From the NCBI GenBank assembly GCA_018669975.1, contig JABHSK010000001.1, forward strand, positions 152,394 through 216,393: a stretch of 64,000 bases of DNA, in the 5' to 3' direction. Positions within the stretch are counted from its first letter, which is position 1, and every line of letters starts with the position of its first letter. The notes under the pieces are model-generated. The model ran no database searches, was not told the DNA's origin, and saw only the letters and a list, made by a program, of their open reading frames with translations. The DNA comes from Candidatus Parcubacteria bacterium (GTDB taxonomy: Bacteria > Patescibacteriota > Patescibacteriia > UBA1558 > GWA2-36-10). Position numbers and translations under genes: made by a program. Positions 39,100 through 49,871 of the stretch are shown piece after piece.

Positions 39100-40917
39100 A
39101 TGAAAACAATAAACAAGCTTAAACAAACAATTAGCAATAACATCAAGTCTATTCTTGATATAAATTTAAGTATTGATACATTTAACTTAGATTTACCGCC
39201 AAACGAAAAAATGGGTGATTATGCTTTTCCCTGTTTTGATTTAGCTAAAAAACTAAAAAAAAGCCCTACTGAAGTATCATCACAACTAGCAGCTGAATTT
39301 AAAATTGGTGGCCTTATTAAACAAACAAAAAATATCGGCCCTTATCTTAATATATTTGTTAGCAATACCTTTCTACAAGACAGTCTAATAGAAATATCCA
39401 AAGATAAAAACTTTGGTAAATCAAAAATAGGCCAAGGGCAAAAAATACTAATTGAATTTTCTGGACCAAATACCAACAAACCACAGCACATTGGACATGT
39501 TCGCAATGATTGCCTCGGGCAATCACTAGTAAACATCTATAAAACGAGTGGTTACAAAACAGTGGCAGTCAACATTATCAATGACCGTGGCATTCATATA
39601 GTCAAAAGTATGTTGACCTGGCAAAAATTTGCCGATGGTGAAACACCAAAATCTGCTGACATGAAAGGTGATCACTTGGTTGGTAAATATTATGTAAAAT
39701 TTGGTCAACTATTAAAAGAGGAGCAAGATAAATATTTTTCCGACAAAAATATCAACTTGGCTGACTTACCTAATTTAGAAAAAAAACAAGCTGAAGAAGA
39801 ATTTTTACAACAATCACCTTTAATGGAAGAATCTCGGAAGATGCTCATTGCCTGGGAAAACAATGATCCTGCAGTAAGAAAACTCTGGAAAATGATGAAT
39901 GACTGGGTCTATGTTGGTTATGACAAAACCTACAAAGATTTAGGTATTGAATTTGATCATTTAGATTTTGAGAGTGAAAATTATCTTTTAGGCAAAGATA
40001 TAATAGAAGAAGGTTTAAAGAAAAAAATATTCTTTAAAAAAGAAGATGGCTCTGTTTGGATAGACCTAAGTGACGAAGGTTTGGATGAAAAACTCGTTTT
40101 GAGAAGTGACGGCACTTCAGTATATATCACCCAAGACCTGGGCACTGCTCACGCGCGTTATAAAAAATTTAAATTTGATAGGTTAATTTATGTAGTTGCC
40201 AATGAACAAGACTACCACTTCAAGGTTTTGTTTTTAATACTAAAAAAACTGGGCTATAGCTGGGCTGACAGCCTACACCACCTATCCTATGGAATGTTTT
40301 CTCTGCCTGGTGGTAAAATAAAATCTCGTGAAGGCAAGACGGCTGATGCAGATGAATTAATTGCTACTATGATAGCTCAAGCCAAAGACATTATATCCAA
40401 AGCTGAAAAAAAGGTAGCTACCTCTGAAAAAGAAAAAGAAAAAATAGCTAGGATCGTAGGTCTGGGTGCTTTAAAATTCTTTATACTGGGCACTAATCCA
40501 CAAAAAAACATTGTTTTCAAGCCCGAAGAATCAATATCATTTGATGGCTATACTGGCACTTTTGTACAATACACACATGCTAGAATATCAACCATGCTAA
40601 ACAAAGCTGGAAAAATATCACCAAATGCTAAAGTAGCATCAATTGATTTTAATTCTGAAGAAAAAAAATTAGTTAAAACACTACTTGAGTTTCCTCAAAA
40701 AATAATATTATCAGCCAACGATTACAATCCATCCATCTTAACCCAGTATCTCTTCGATTTAGCTAAAACCTATAATAATTTCTATCAACACCACCAAGTC
40801 ATCAATGTTGATAGCAAAAAAATAAAACAAGCTAGGTTAAGTATTTCCCTACAAACAAAAAACACCCTAACAAAAGGACTGGCTCTACTTGGTATTGAAG
40901 CACCAGAGGTAATGTAA
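39100..40917 (+). CDS. argS: Arginine--tRNA ligase
   Basis: PNTNKPQHIGH, KIKSREG, QYTHARI motifs. Confidence 0.96.
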   Translation: MKTINKLKQTISNNIKSILDINLSIDTFNLDLPPNEKMGDYAFPCFDLAKKLKKSPTEVSSQLAAEFKIGGLIKQTKNIGPYLNIFVSNTFLQDSLIEISKDKNFGKSKIGQGQKILIEFSGPNTNKPQHIGHVRNDCLGQSLVNIYKTSGYKTVAVNIINDRGIHIVKSMLTWQKFADGETPKSADMKGDHLVGKYYVKFGQLLKEEQDKYFSDKNINLADLPNLEKKQAEEEFLQQSPLMEESRKMLIAWENNDPAVRKLWKMMNDWVYVGYDKTYKDLGIEFDHLDFESENYLLGKDIIEEGLKKKIFFKKEDGSVWIDLSDEGLDEKLVLRSDGTSVYITQDLGTAHARYKKFKFDRLIYVVANEQDYHFKVLFLILKKLGYSWADSLHHLSYGMFSLPGGKIKSREGKTADADELIATMIAQAKDIISKAEKKVATSEKEKEKIARIVGLGALKFFILGTNPQKNIVFKPEESISFDGYTGTFVQYTHARISTMLNKAGKISPNAKVASIDFNSEEKKLVKTLLEFPQKIILSANDYNPSILTQYLFDLAKTYNNFYQHHQVINVDSKKIKQARLSISLQTKNTLTKGLALLGIEAPEVM

Positions 40918-41018
40918 ATATATTTTAATACGTCCCGCATATAGCGGGACGTTTTTTTAATAAATAAAAAACTCCCAACCAGTGGCTGGGAGCCATATGT
41001 TTGATACAAGTAAAAAAC

Positions 41019-42353
41019 CTAGTTAGCGACACGGGATTCCAATAACCCCGGAAATCTACCTTCAATCTCTTTACGCCAAGTGGCTGCATTACCAGAAAAA
41101 CCAATCTTTTCCAACAACTGACTACCTTCTAACCAAGCTAGATAATTCTCTCTATTCCTATGAATGGCTTCCAAACAGCAGCTAATAGCTACTCCTATAT
41201 TTCCAAAGTGCAGCTGACATTGAGCCAAGCCAAGCCAAGCATACGAATAGTCACGATTTATATCTAAAGCAGCATCAAAAAATGTTTTGGCTTTGTGCAC
41301 CTTACCGGTAAACAATGCCAATTCACCCAAATACCTAAGCAGATGCTCACGCTTGCTTTCATAGCTATCCAATAATTTAATATCGGCATATAACCCCTCA
41401 GTTAACAGCTGTGCCTCTGGATGCATAGGATCTCTGATGCATTGACGCAAATAGTTGACGCCAACTGCCGCATATTGTAACAAAACAGAACGGTCATTTG
41501 GATAATACTTACGAGCATCTATAATCATTTGCCAGGCCAAACTAGCCTGACCAGCAGTCACATAACAAGCTGACAGCTTAATCATTAAATCTGACAAATA
41601 ATCTAGCTGCTCTCTTTTTTCTGGAACCACAGTTAAGACTTTCTGCCAAGCCTTTTCTAGACTAAGCAAACTAAGATTAAGACTATTGATTGGCAAAACC
41701 TCGCCTTCTACTGAGACAAGGAATTCACAAGCAACGGCATAATCAAAGTAGGGGCTGCCTGGATTGTCAATAATTGCCTTGCGCAATATCTGAACAATAT
41801 GAGCTCGATCGTTGGAAATTCCAACTACCTTATCGGTATCATGTAAGATGGTAGCTATATCAGTATCTTCAATCTTCAATTTTTCCTCATTAGCCCATCT
41901 AAGCAATGAAGGGGCTACTTTTTCTCGGACTCGATACCGATATCTGACTTTCTTGTGATTACGGAACAAACGAACTGTCTCCGCACCTACAATGGGCTCA
42001 CCAGCATCAAGAGAAACGACATTGATATTATAACCAGCCACATCATCCTCCAAAAGCCGCTGAAACTGATTTGGAGATATGGGTGTTAACCTTTCATTGG
42101 GATTAAGCACTAATATCCAATCACAGCTAGCCTCTGCTATTGCCATATTCCTGGCCTTAGCATAATTATCCTTAAAATCAAAATCAATAACTCTAGCACC
42201 ATAACCTTCGGCTACAAGCCTAGTATTATCGTTTGAACCTAGATCCACGACTATAATTTCATCTGTTATGGCCAACGCTGACTTGAGGGACATACCAATG
42301 TCACTCTCGTCATTATAGCAGATCATGCAAAAAGACACGGTCTTACGTTTCAC
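41019..42353 (-). CDS. GT2-like glycosyltransferase with TPR repeats
   Basis: SFCMI.YNDE, VDLGSND, ARNMAI..ASCDWIL motifs; C-terminal TPRs. GTG start at 42353 behind AAGGAGG. The DxD position reads NPNE. Confidence 0.8.
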   Translation of the reverse strand: MKRKTVSFCMICYNDESDIGMSLKSALAITDEIIVVDLGSNDNTRLVAEGYGARVIDFDFKDNYAKARNMAIAEASCDWILVLNPNERLTPISPNQFQRLLEDDVAGYNINVVSLDAGEPIVGAETVRLFRNHKKVRYRYRVREKVAPSLLRWANEEKLKIEDTDIATILHDTDKVVGISNDRAHIVQILRKAIIDNPGSPYFDYAVACEFLVSVEGEVLPINSLNLSLLSLEKAWQKVLTVVPEKREQLDYLSDLMIKLSACYVTAGQASLAWQMIIDARKYYPNDRSVLLQYAAVGVNYLRQCIRDPMHPEAQLLTEGLYADIKLLDSYESKREHLLRYLGELALFTGKVHKAKTFFDAALDINRDYSYAWLGLAQCQLHFGNIGVAISCCLEAIHRNRENYLAWLEGSQLLEKIGFSGNAATWRKEIEGRFPGLLESRVAN

Positions 42354-42550
42354 AACTACCTCCTTGTTGCGACTTGTATCATTTATATTATTTAAAGGAA
42401 CTTGGACGATTTTGTATAGTAACATAAAATACAAAAAAATCAATGCATATAAAAAGTATTTAATAAATCATCTTTTTTGCCTAAATCTAAATCTTTGTCT
42501 TGACTTTTTGCAAAAAATACCATATAATAATCTTCGTATTTTCATAATTT

Positions 42551-42627
42551 GCGCCTATAGCTCAGCCTGGTAGAGCAGTTGCCTTTTAAGCAAACGGTCG
42601 GGGGTTCGAATCCCTCTGGGCGCACCA
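42551..42627 (+). tRNA. tRNA-Lys(TTT)
   Basis: Anticodon loop CTTTTAA; GGTTCGAATCC; CCA. Confidence 0.93.
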
Positions 42628-42735
42628 GATATCACAACACTCTAGTGTTGTTTTTTTATTGACAAAAAACACTAAAAATATTAAGGTAAAGCGTCATAAT
42701 ATAGTTCTTCAAAACTAAATAAGGAGGTAAAAACA

Positions 42736-43218
42736 ATGAGCCAAAGACACGAAATACTAGGTGGTTATTTTCCTTACTGTCAATTCTGTCTCCACGATGG
42801 TAGTTGTGCATTAAGGCACTGTGACTTCCTAGAAAAATCTAACTGCCATGGAATAGATAACTCTATTCCTTATAGAGGCCATGAAGATTTTATCTGGCTA
42901 TTCAGCATATTCCAAGCCAATAGCACACGAGGTTCTTGCTCGGGTCGCATATCTCAAACAAACAGTCCATTCTACCCCCTGCAATGTTCTTGTGGCACTG
43001 TCATCAACTCTTTGAGTCTAAGCAGTTTAATGGGTGGACATGCCTGCCAAAAATTTACTCCCAATGCTAGTGGTCAATTACGTTTGGCAACTGCCCAAGA
43101 AATAGCTGCCCGTCGACAAGCTAACCCCGAAAAGGACGTGCTTACTGAAGTCGAACTCAGTGAATTAGAACAACGCTGTCCTTTTGACCAGAACTACCAA
43201 TCAGCCATGTTGCTATAA
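42736..43218 (+). CDS. Cys-rich hypothetical protein
   Basis: About ten Cys residues; AAGGAGG SD. Confidence 0.7.
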   Translation: MSQRHEILGGYFPYCQFCLHDGSCALRHCDFLEKSNCHGIDNSIPYRGHEDFIWLFSIFQANSTRGSCSGRISQTNSPFYPLQCSCGTVINSLSLSSLMGGHACQKFTPNASGQLRLATAQEIAARRQANPEKDVLTEVELSELEQRCPFDQNYQSAMLL

Positions 43219-43234
43219 AACAAGGAGGTGAAAA

Positions 43235-44326
43235 ATGGCGCGTCGCTACAAACGACCAGCTGATGCCTGGGAAAAATGGAGCGCTTCTAAACTGGACGCA
43301 GCCTGTGGCTGCCCTCTACGTTGTTTTCTCGAATACATCATGCGTATCCGCAAGGATCGTTTCCCAGTGACAGTGTTTGGCTCAGCCATGCACTATATGT
43401 TTCAGCGTTTCTTTACGCCGCATAAATCCAGCGGTAATTATCCCTATCAAACTGTAGAAAAGTTTCTCGGAGCCTGGAAAGGTTTTTGGTGGACAGCTGT
43501 CCAAGGTAAACATGGCTTCTCTAGTATGGGTTCTGACCCAGAAGATGTTCCTTGGCGTGATACCGATCAACAAGGCCAGCTCTTTGGAGCTGGTTGGAAT
43601 ATCCTTAAGCGCTTTTTTGAGGAGCACCACGCTATGCGTATAGATGGTAATCAACGTTTTATTGAAAAACGATTTACCTTTGAGTGGCAAGGTCTCAAAC
43701 TAACCGGCGTATTAGATCGTCTAGATCTTTTACCTGACGGAGCTGTTATATTAGACTACAAAGGTCACTCTTTTCGACCACACGATGTAGAAACTGGTTT
43801 GCAGATGACTATCTACCAATTGGCCTATGAACAACATTTCCGTAGGCAGTTTGCTGATGGAAAACCATTAAAAGATATACAGATCTACAATTATCGCAAT
43901 GGCGTAACACAACCACTACCCATTCGTCAAAATTACGAGATTGGCCTATTACTCTATTACCTGACTGAGGGTTATGAATATTACCGGGCCATCTTGACTG
44001 GACATCCAGTCCGTCGAGAAATTATCAAGCGCTTCTGGTTTTTTCCAGAAGACGACATCAACACTGGTAATATTACCCCACACCTACCGCGAGGATCGCA
44101 TTGTACTTGGTGTGAAAACTTCAAGTTATGTCGAGCCTGGGAATTGGGCGATCATGAAACTCCGCAAGCTATGTTTGCTAGTAAATTCCAACAGGAAGAC
44201 GCTCAACGTGGCCCAGAAGTTATTACCATGCCTTTTACTCAGGAGCGTATTTTCCAAGTCGGCTGCACTAGCTTTGACTTAATCAAGCAAGTAGCACATG
44301 TCAGACAAGGCGATTTGTTTACCTAA
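43235..44326 (+). CDS. PD-(D/E)XK nuclease (RecB/AddB/Cas4-like)
   Basis: SASKL..CP, GSAMH, GVLDRLD, ILDYK, QMTIY motifs; HCTWC...C (Fe-S staple Cys). Confidence 0.88.
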   Translation: MARRYKRPADAWEKWSASKLDAACGCPLRCFLEYIMRIRKDRFPVTVFGSAMHYMFQRFFTPHKSSGNYPYQTVEKFLGAWKGFWWTAVQGKHGFSSMGSDPEDVPWRDTDQQGQLFGAGWNILKRFFEEHHAMRIDGNQRFIEKRFTFEWQGLKLTGVLDRLDLLPDGAVILDYKGHSFRPHDVETGLQMTIYQLAYEQHFRRQFADGKPLKDIQIYNYRNGVTQPLPIRQNYEIGLLLYYLTEGYEYYRAILTGHPVRREIIKRFWFFPEDDINTGNITPHLPRGSHCTWCENFKLCRAWELGDHETPQAMFASKFQQEDAQRGPEVITMPFTQERIFQVGCTSFDLIKQVAHVRQGDLFT

Positions 44327-44453
44327 AAACCTCTAAATATCCTCGGCTCTAGTACACCTAGAGCCGTTTTTTATTTTGTTGAAAAACTGTCCATAAACAG
44401 CCTTGAAAAATAAACAAAAATGAGTTAAGCTGATTTTACGTGATATATAACCC

Positions 44454-45914
44454 ATGTCCAGAATACCCCCACAAAATCTAGAGGCTGAAGCCAGTTTATT
44501 AGGCGCTTTAATGTTAGATAAAGATGCTATCATTAAAATTGGCGATGCTTTGAGCACAAGTGATTTCTACAAAGATGCTCACGGTCTGATTTATCAGGCT
44601 ATTTTAGATTTATTTGAAAAACATGATCCAATAGACAGTTTATCTATTGGTAATAGATTAGGTGAAAAAAAACAGCTAGAGAATGTTGGTGGTAAATCAT
44701 ACCTAGCAGAATTAACCGCCTCTGTGCCAAACTCATCTCATGTTTTATCCTATGCTAAAATTATCCGCAAAAAGTCTACTCTAAGGAAACTAGAGCAAGC
44801 TGCGGCCGAAATTAGTGAGTATAGTTTTTCTGAATCAGAAGAAGTAGAAAAATTACTCGATAAAGCTGAGCAAAAACTATTTTCAATCTCTCAAGAATCT
44901 ATCAAGAAAAACTTCATTCCCATTAAAAGTGTTTTAACTGATACTTTTAATCGTATTGATGAATTACATAAAAATGGTGGCCAAGGTACTCGTGGTATTC
45001 CAACTGGATATACTGACTTAGACAAGCTACTATCTGGTATGCAAAAATCTGATTTAGTTATATTGGCAGCCAGGCCATCCTTGGGTAAAACCACCCTTGC
45101 CTTGGACTTAGTTCGTAATATAGCCATCAAGGCCAAGGTGCCGGTTGGTATCTTTTCTTTAGAGATGTCTAAAGAACAATTGGTGGATAGATTTCTAGCA
45201 GCTGAGGCTGGTGTAGATCTATGGCGTATGAGAACTGGTAAGCTGTCCGACAGAGAAGAAGATGATGATTTTCCACGTATTGGTCGAGCTATGGGCGTAT
45301 TATCCGACGCACCAATATTCATTGATGACTCACCCAATGCCAATGTTATGGAAATCCGTACTAAAGCTCGTCGTCTAAAAATGGAACATAATTTAGGCTT
45401 TTTGGTTATTGATTACTTACAACTTATGGATGGTGGTAGTCGAACTGAAAATCGCGTCCAGGAAATTTCTGAAATATCAAGATCTTTAAAACAGATTGCC
45501 AGAGAATTAGATATACCAGTATTAGCTCTATCACAGTTGTCTAGAGCAGTAGAAAACAGAAGTCCAGCTATTCCTAAATTAGCTGACCTGAGAGAATCTG
45601 GCTCTATCGAACAAGATGCTGACATTGTTATGTTTATCTATAGAAAAGCAAAGGATAAGAGTCGAGAATGCCCAGAAGAAGAAAAAGCTCTAGCTGAAAT
45701 TCACATAGACAAACATCGTAACGGGCCAACTGGTATTGTTAGATTATTCTTTGATGAAAATAGAGTCTGCTTTAAAAACCTAGATCCTGGCTATCAGGAT
45801 TCCACTCCACCACCAATGACTACCGATGAAATGCCTATTCCTAACCCTGGTGGTCAAGCACCTCCTGATGGTAAGACATCTAAAGGAAAAGTGGGTTGGC
45901 AGAACATGTCTTAA
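44454..45914 (+). CDS. dnaB: Replicative DNA helicase
   Basis: AARPSLGKT, FSLEMS, IDYLQLM, SQLSR, DLRESGSIEQDAD motifs. Confidence 0.98.
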   Translation: MSRIPPQNLEAEASLLGALMLDKDAIIKIGDALSTSDFYKDAHGLIYQAILDLFEKHDPIDSLSIGNRLGEKKQLENVGGKSYLAELTASVPNSSHVLSYAKIIRKKSTLRKLEQAAAEISEYSFSESEEVEKLLDKAEQKLFSISQESIKKNFIPIKSVLTDTFNRIDELHKNGGQGTRGIPTGYTDLDKLLSGMQKSDLVILAARPSLGKTTLALDLVRNIAIKAKVPVGIFSLEMSKEQLVDRFLAAEAGVDLWRMRTGKLSDREEDDDFPRIGRAMGVLSDAPIFIDDSPNANVMEIRTKARRLKMEHNLGFLVIDYLQLMDGGSRTENRVQEISEISRSLKQIARELDIPVLALSQLSRAVENRSPAIPKLADLRESGSIEQDADIVMFIYRKAKDKSRECPEEEKALAEIHIDKHRNGPTGIVRLFFDENRVCFKNLDPGYQDSTPPPMTTDEMPIPNPGGQAPPDGKTSKGKVGWQNMS

Positions 45915-45950
45915 AATATTAATTTAAAAAAATAATTAAAAAAATAAAAA

Positions 45951-46241
45951 ATGTTTAACAAACTCAAACAATACAACGACCTACGCAAACAAGCTAGCAC
46001 CCTTAAAAATGCTATGGCCGACGAAAGTGTAGAAGTCGAAAATTCTGCCGTCAAAATCATCATGGATGGCAATCAGGATATAAAGTCTCTAGATATTAAA
46101 GAAGATTTTATGCGTCCAGAAAAGAAAAAAGAATTGGAAAAGAAAATCATGGATGGCATCGGTGATGCTATAAAAAAAGTACAGCGTAAAATGGCCATGA
46201 AAATGCAAAAAATGGGTGGCCTAGATAATTTCATGAAATAA
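45951..46241 (+). CDS. YbaB/EbfC nucleoid-associated protein
   Basis: Size, sequence pattern and position upstream of recR. Confidence 0.85.
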   Translation: MFNKLKQYNDLRKQASTLKNAMADESVEVENSAVKIIMDGNQDIKSLDIKEDFMRPEKKKELEKKIMDGIGDAIKKVQRKMAMKMQKMGGLDNFMK

Positions 46242-46837
46242 TGAAGCATCTACCAGATTTTATACAACGATTAATAGTTGAATTTGATAAACTGCCTGGT
46301 ATTGGCCCGAAAACTGCTACCAGGCTAGTTTTTAATTTGTTACATAGACATGATGACATAAAAAGTCTGGCTAATGCCCTCAATGAAGCACATCAAAATA
46401 TCCATTTTTGTCCGGAGTGCTACAATCTTACCGATGATGGACTATGTAGTATTTGCAACAATCCACAAAGAGATAAAAAAACTATCTGTATAGTAGCCCA
46501 CAACCAAGATGTTGAAGCTGTAGAAAAAACTGGAGACTTTGAAGGAGTCTATCATTTGCTAAATGGTTTACTTAGCCCCTTAGAAGGCATAACACCTGAC
46601 AAGCTTAAGATAACAGAATTGACTTCCCGTATAAAAAATAACGGCGTTAAAGAAATAATCTTAGCTTTAGACCAAAGCATGGAAGGTGAAGCGACCACTA
46701 TTTATATCTCAAAATTGCTGGCCGAATATTCCGTGACCGTCAGTAGACTAGCTCGCGGTATACCCATGGGCGCCAACATTGAATATACTGATGAGGTAAC
46801 TTTATCCTCGGCAATTAAAAATAGAAAAAAATTATAA
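46241..46837 (+). CDS. recR: Recombination mediator RecR
   Basis: LPGIGPKTA.R, C4 zinc finger, Toprim motifs EGEAT and ARGIP. Confidence 0.97.
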   Translation: MKHLPDFIQRLIVEFDKLPGIGPKTATRLVFNLLHRHDDIKSLANALNEAHQNIHFCPECYNLTDDGLCSICNNPQRDKKTICIVAHNQDVEAVEKTGDFEGVYHLLNGLLSPLEGITPDKLKITELTSRIKNNGVKEIILALDQSMEGEATTIYISKLLAEYSVTVSRLARGIPMGANIEYTDEVTLSSAIKNRKKL

Positions 46838-46871
46838 AAAGAGCGACGTCGTATGACGTCGCTTTTATATT

Positions 46872-47273
46872 TTAGATAAGACCAGATTGCCACCTCTGAA
46901 CCTTTTTATAGCCAAACAGCCACCAACGATTCCTAGCTGACATTGCCTGCAAAGAAGTGAGTAATGCTGTCCTATCAGCGACTTGCTCACGCCAAGCTAT
47001 ACAATGTTCCGTACCTCGCCAGGTGCGAACTTGCCAATAAATATGCGGAAAACCTATTTCTTCGACAATTGCCCGTATAATAGTTGCACACCTGTGATCC
47101 ATATATAAGGTAAGACGATCCTCGCTACCAACCATAGCAAATTTGACTCTACTACCATTTTCTAATAATTCAGCGTTTAATCTTCTATAACACATAGCTG
47201 CCCACCTATGATCTTCTTCTTCAAATTCTATTTGGGGTATTAAAATAACTGCATTATAAGTCTTGAGAAGCAT
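46872..47273 (-). CDS. Hypothetical protein (accessory cassette)
   Basis: TAAGGAG SD; own promoter. Confidence 0.65.
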   Translation of the reverse strand: MLLKTYNAVILIPQIEFEEEDHRWAAMCYRRLNAELLENGSRVKFAMVGSEDRLTLYMDHRCATIIRAIVEEIGFPHIYWQVRTWRGTEHCIAWREQVADRTALLTSLQAMSARNRWWLFGYKKVQRWQSGLI

Positions 47274-47382
47274 CTTATACTCCTTATCATTACTGTTAAA
47301 AAGTACACGTGAACATTAATAGATATTAAAATATAAAATTACAAAAGTCAAACAAAAAACCCGCACAAGCGGGATTTTTATA

Positions 47383-47694
47383 TTAAACGATAATATTGTC
47401 TATTTTGACTTCAGTCAAATGTTGACGATGTCCAATCTTTCTTCTGTATCTAGTCTTGTTTTTATATTTCAAAACGTCAATTTTCTTATCTTTAAAATTC
47501 CTAACTAGAGTAGCTTCTACTTTAGCTTTGGCTACCCGTGGCTTACCAACTGTAACATTAGCTTTATCGGCTACCAATAATACTTGATCAAAGATAATTT
47601 TCTTACCTTCTTCTTCGGGTAATTTTTCTATCTTAAGAACATCACCTTTTTTGACTTGGTATTGTTTTCCACCTGTTTTGATTACTGCAAACAT
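47383..47694 (-). CDS. rplU: 50S ribosomal protein L21
   Basis: MFAVIKTGGKQY...GHRQ. Confidence 0.97.
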   Translation of the reverse strand: MFAVIKTGGKQYQVKKGDVLKIEKLPEEEGKKIIFDQVLLVADKANVTVGKPRVAKAKVEATLVRNFKDKKIDVLKYKNKTRYRRKIGHRQHLTEVKIDNIIV

Positions 47695-47902
47695 AATTTT
47701 TATTAATTTAAAACAATAAGATATTAACAAAAAATAACTATTTTGTCAATTGTTTATCCTAATTTATCAAGTTTTATATATTGACAATTTATATAAAATG
47801 TGCTATAATATGTACAGTTCATTAGAAAAGTAGGGAATTCACAAGGATTCCTGAACATAAGATTAGAAGGATCTAATTGTGTTAAAACCGAAAGGACTCG
47901 TC

Positions 47903-48370
47903 ATGAAGACTATCATTATTTTGGCTCTGACCATCTGCGCGCTTATCCCCCAGTCGGGATATGCTGACGTTGAAATCATCGTCACCCCCACCCCTGGCCT
48001 CTTTGGCACTTCTCACAACCTGAGTAATCAGGAAAGCACTAGTGTCAAATATATGCAAGTGGGCCGCGTGTCTATCTCTGACTTCGAAAACTACCAGTTT
48101 ACCGTTATCAAAAACGGAAAGAAGTTAGACGATATTATCCGCAAAAACACTGCCATTTTCTACACTGGTGACTACACCATCCAAGTCTTCAACCGTCAAA
48201 CCAAAGCTCTTGTAGCCACTGCCAAATTTAACAGCAAAGAAATGCTGAACGCCTGGCAGTTCATGCTATTAATTGCAGTTCTATTTGCGACTGTCATTGG
48301 CCTGTACCTACTTAAAGGTTTTATCGATAACGAACGCCTGGTACGCAGACGCGGCTGGCGACACCCTTAA
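47903..48370 (+). CDS. Secreted, membrane-anchored hypothetical protein
   Basis: Signal peptide and C-terminal TM helix; perfect TTGACA-17-TATAAT at 47781-47809. Confidence 0.7.
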   Translation: MKTIIILALTICALIPQSGYADVEIIVTPTPGLFGTSHNLSNQESTSVKYMQVGRVSISDFENYQFTVIKNGKKLDDIIRKNTAIFYTGDYTIQVFNRQTKALVATAKFNSKEMLNAWQFMLLIAVLFATVIGLYLLKGFIDNERLVRRRGWRHP

Positions 48371-48580
48371 ACAGATCCTTGTCGAGGTCCTGTTCGGCTA
48401 CTACGCCGAGCGGGACCTCTTTTTTTCCTTATTTTTTAAGTATTTCATACTATTGACAAAAATATGAATATATGATATAATGCTTTATTCCCCTGGACAA
48501 TCTCGATAATACATATTTGCTGGGGAATTCGCAAGAACCTTAAAATCACTCAAAACGACTCTATCAGGAGGCACAAGCAC

Positions 48581-49261
48581 ATGGAAGCCAAAACCGAAAA
48601 AATCACCACCGTTGACACCACCGACACTCGAGAAAACCCCCGCCCTTTCACTGCCCTGCTTTTCTTTCGCAAGGAAGAGGAAGGAAACGCCACCGTCCTG
48701 CGCGCCGAATATGGCATGGGGCTCCCCCAGAGCTGCTACGTCTACGTCGACCAGGAGGACGATTCCCGCAACGGCATCCGTGAAGGATGGAACCTGGTCT
48801 GGGTATCGATCAAGCTGACGGCCGGCAAGGCCTACGCTCGCATCGTCAAGAAGGAGGACGCTCTCCGCTATCGCCTGCAGTGCCTGGTCGCACAGCAAAA
48901 GCTGGCGGAAGCCAAGGCTCCCAAGGTGGCTGACACCTCGGAAGACGAGAAGACCGTCCTGGCCATGCTGTTCGCCAAGAACACACCCTACACCGATCGC
49001 AAGAGCGGCAACACCACGGTGAAGCCGATCTTCAAGTACGGTCAGGGTATCGGGGGCCGCGGTGGTCACACCGTATTCGTCCACAAGGACGCCCTCGACA
49101 TGATCACCAACGAAGGCTGGTACCTGTGTGTACTGAATCGCAGTGCGCTGCGACTGAAGTACAGCTTCGCCAAGCCCTACCTGGTGAGTCAGTACATCGC
49201 CGAGATCATCGACGCCATGCAGGCGCAGTTGACTCGTTGCGGGTACTCCATGAGTTACTAG
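48581..49261 (+). CDS. Hypothetical protein (GC-rich accessory cassette)
   Basis: TTGACA-17-TATAAT (48453-48481), AGGAGG SD, terminator at ~49280-49318. Confidence 0.75.
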   Translation: MEAKTEKITTVDTTDTRENPRPFTALLFFRKEEEGNATVLRAEYGMGLPQSCYVYVDQEDDSRNGIREGWNLVWVSIKLTAGKAYARIVKKEDALRYRLQCLVAQQKLAEAKAPKVADTSEDEKTVLAMLFAKNTPYTDRKSGNTTVKPIFKYGQGIGGRGGHTVFVHKDALDMITNEGWYLCVLNRSALRLKYSFAKPYLVSQYIAEIIDAMQAQLTRCGYSMSY

Positions 49262-49349
49262 GAAACTCCTAGTACAGACAACCGGTTCCGCAAGACATCT
49301 TGCGGGGCCGGTTTTTTCATTGTTTAAAAAAGACTCCCTCGAAAGGGAG

Positions 49350-49697
49350 TCACTTGGGAATTCCAGTAAAAAAGGCTACTAACCACAAGGCCCAGGCCCA
49401 CACTGAATACTTAGTAAACAATTCTTGGCAACGCCCTCCTCTAGCTAATGAGTCTACGGCCCACAATAAATGGATCAACATAATAACTAAAGCTAACAAG
49501 CCACAAAAGCTATGCAAATGAAGAGCAAAACCTCCGTTTTGATAACCCATCATAGTGGTGCCGATAATATCGCATATCAAGGCTAGAACAAATATAATGA
49601 GCATCCAAGGCATTAGACGTTTTTTGATTTTCTCTGACCAAATGGCCGTGGTGTATAGCAGTAGAGCAAGTGCTATAAACAGAATGGCTACAGGCAT
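49350..49697 (-). CDS. Small membrane protein (TIGR03987/HsmA-like)
   Basis: ALLLYTTAIWSE, CDIIGT, HSFCGLLAL motifs. ATG at 49697 behind AAGGAGGTGATC. Confidence 0.75.
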   Translation of the reverse strand: MPVAILFIALALLLYTTAIWSEKIKKRLMPWMLIIFVLALICDIIGTTMMGYQNGGFALHLHSFCGLLALVIMLIHLLWAVDSLARGGRCQELFTKYSVWAWALWLVAFFTGIPK

Positions 49698-49871
49698 GAT
49701 CACCTCCTTGAGAATATTTTGAAATAACCCTAATAATAAGCTTATTATAATCCTTTAAGCCAATAAAGCAAGCTTATTATCGTTGACAAAATAGCTAAAA
49801 AATGATATACTTATACATTCGCAATGGCGAAGTTTAGAGAACCTTAAAAACCTCAGAGAAAGGGAAAACAC

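Noticed and set aside
43235-44326. CRISPR-Cas locus suggested by the Cas4-like nuclease
   Set aside because: No cas1/cas2 genes and no repeat-spacer array are visible anywhere in the window.
45780-45914. Pro-rich C-terminal tail of DnaB as an intein or extra domain
   Set aside because: It is a short low-complexity tail with no intein motifs.
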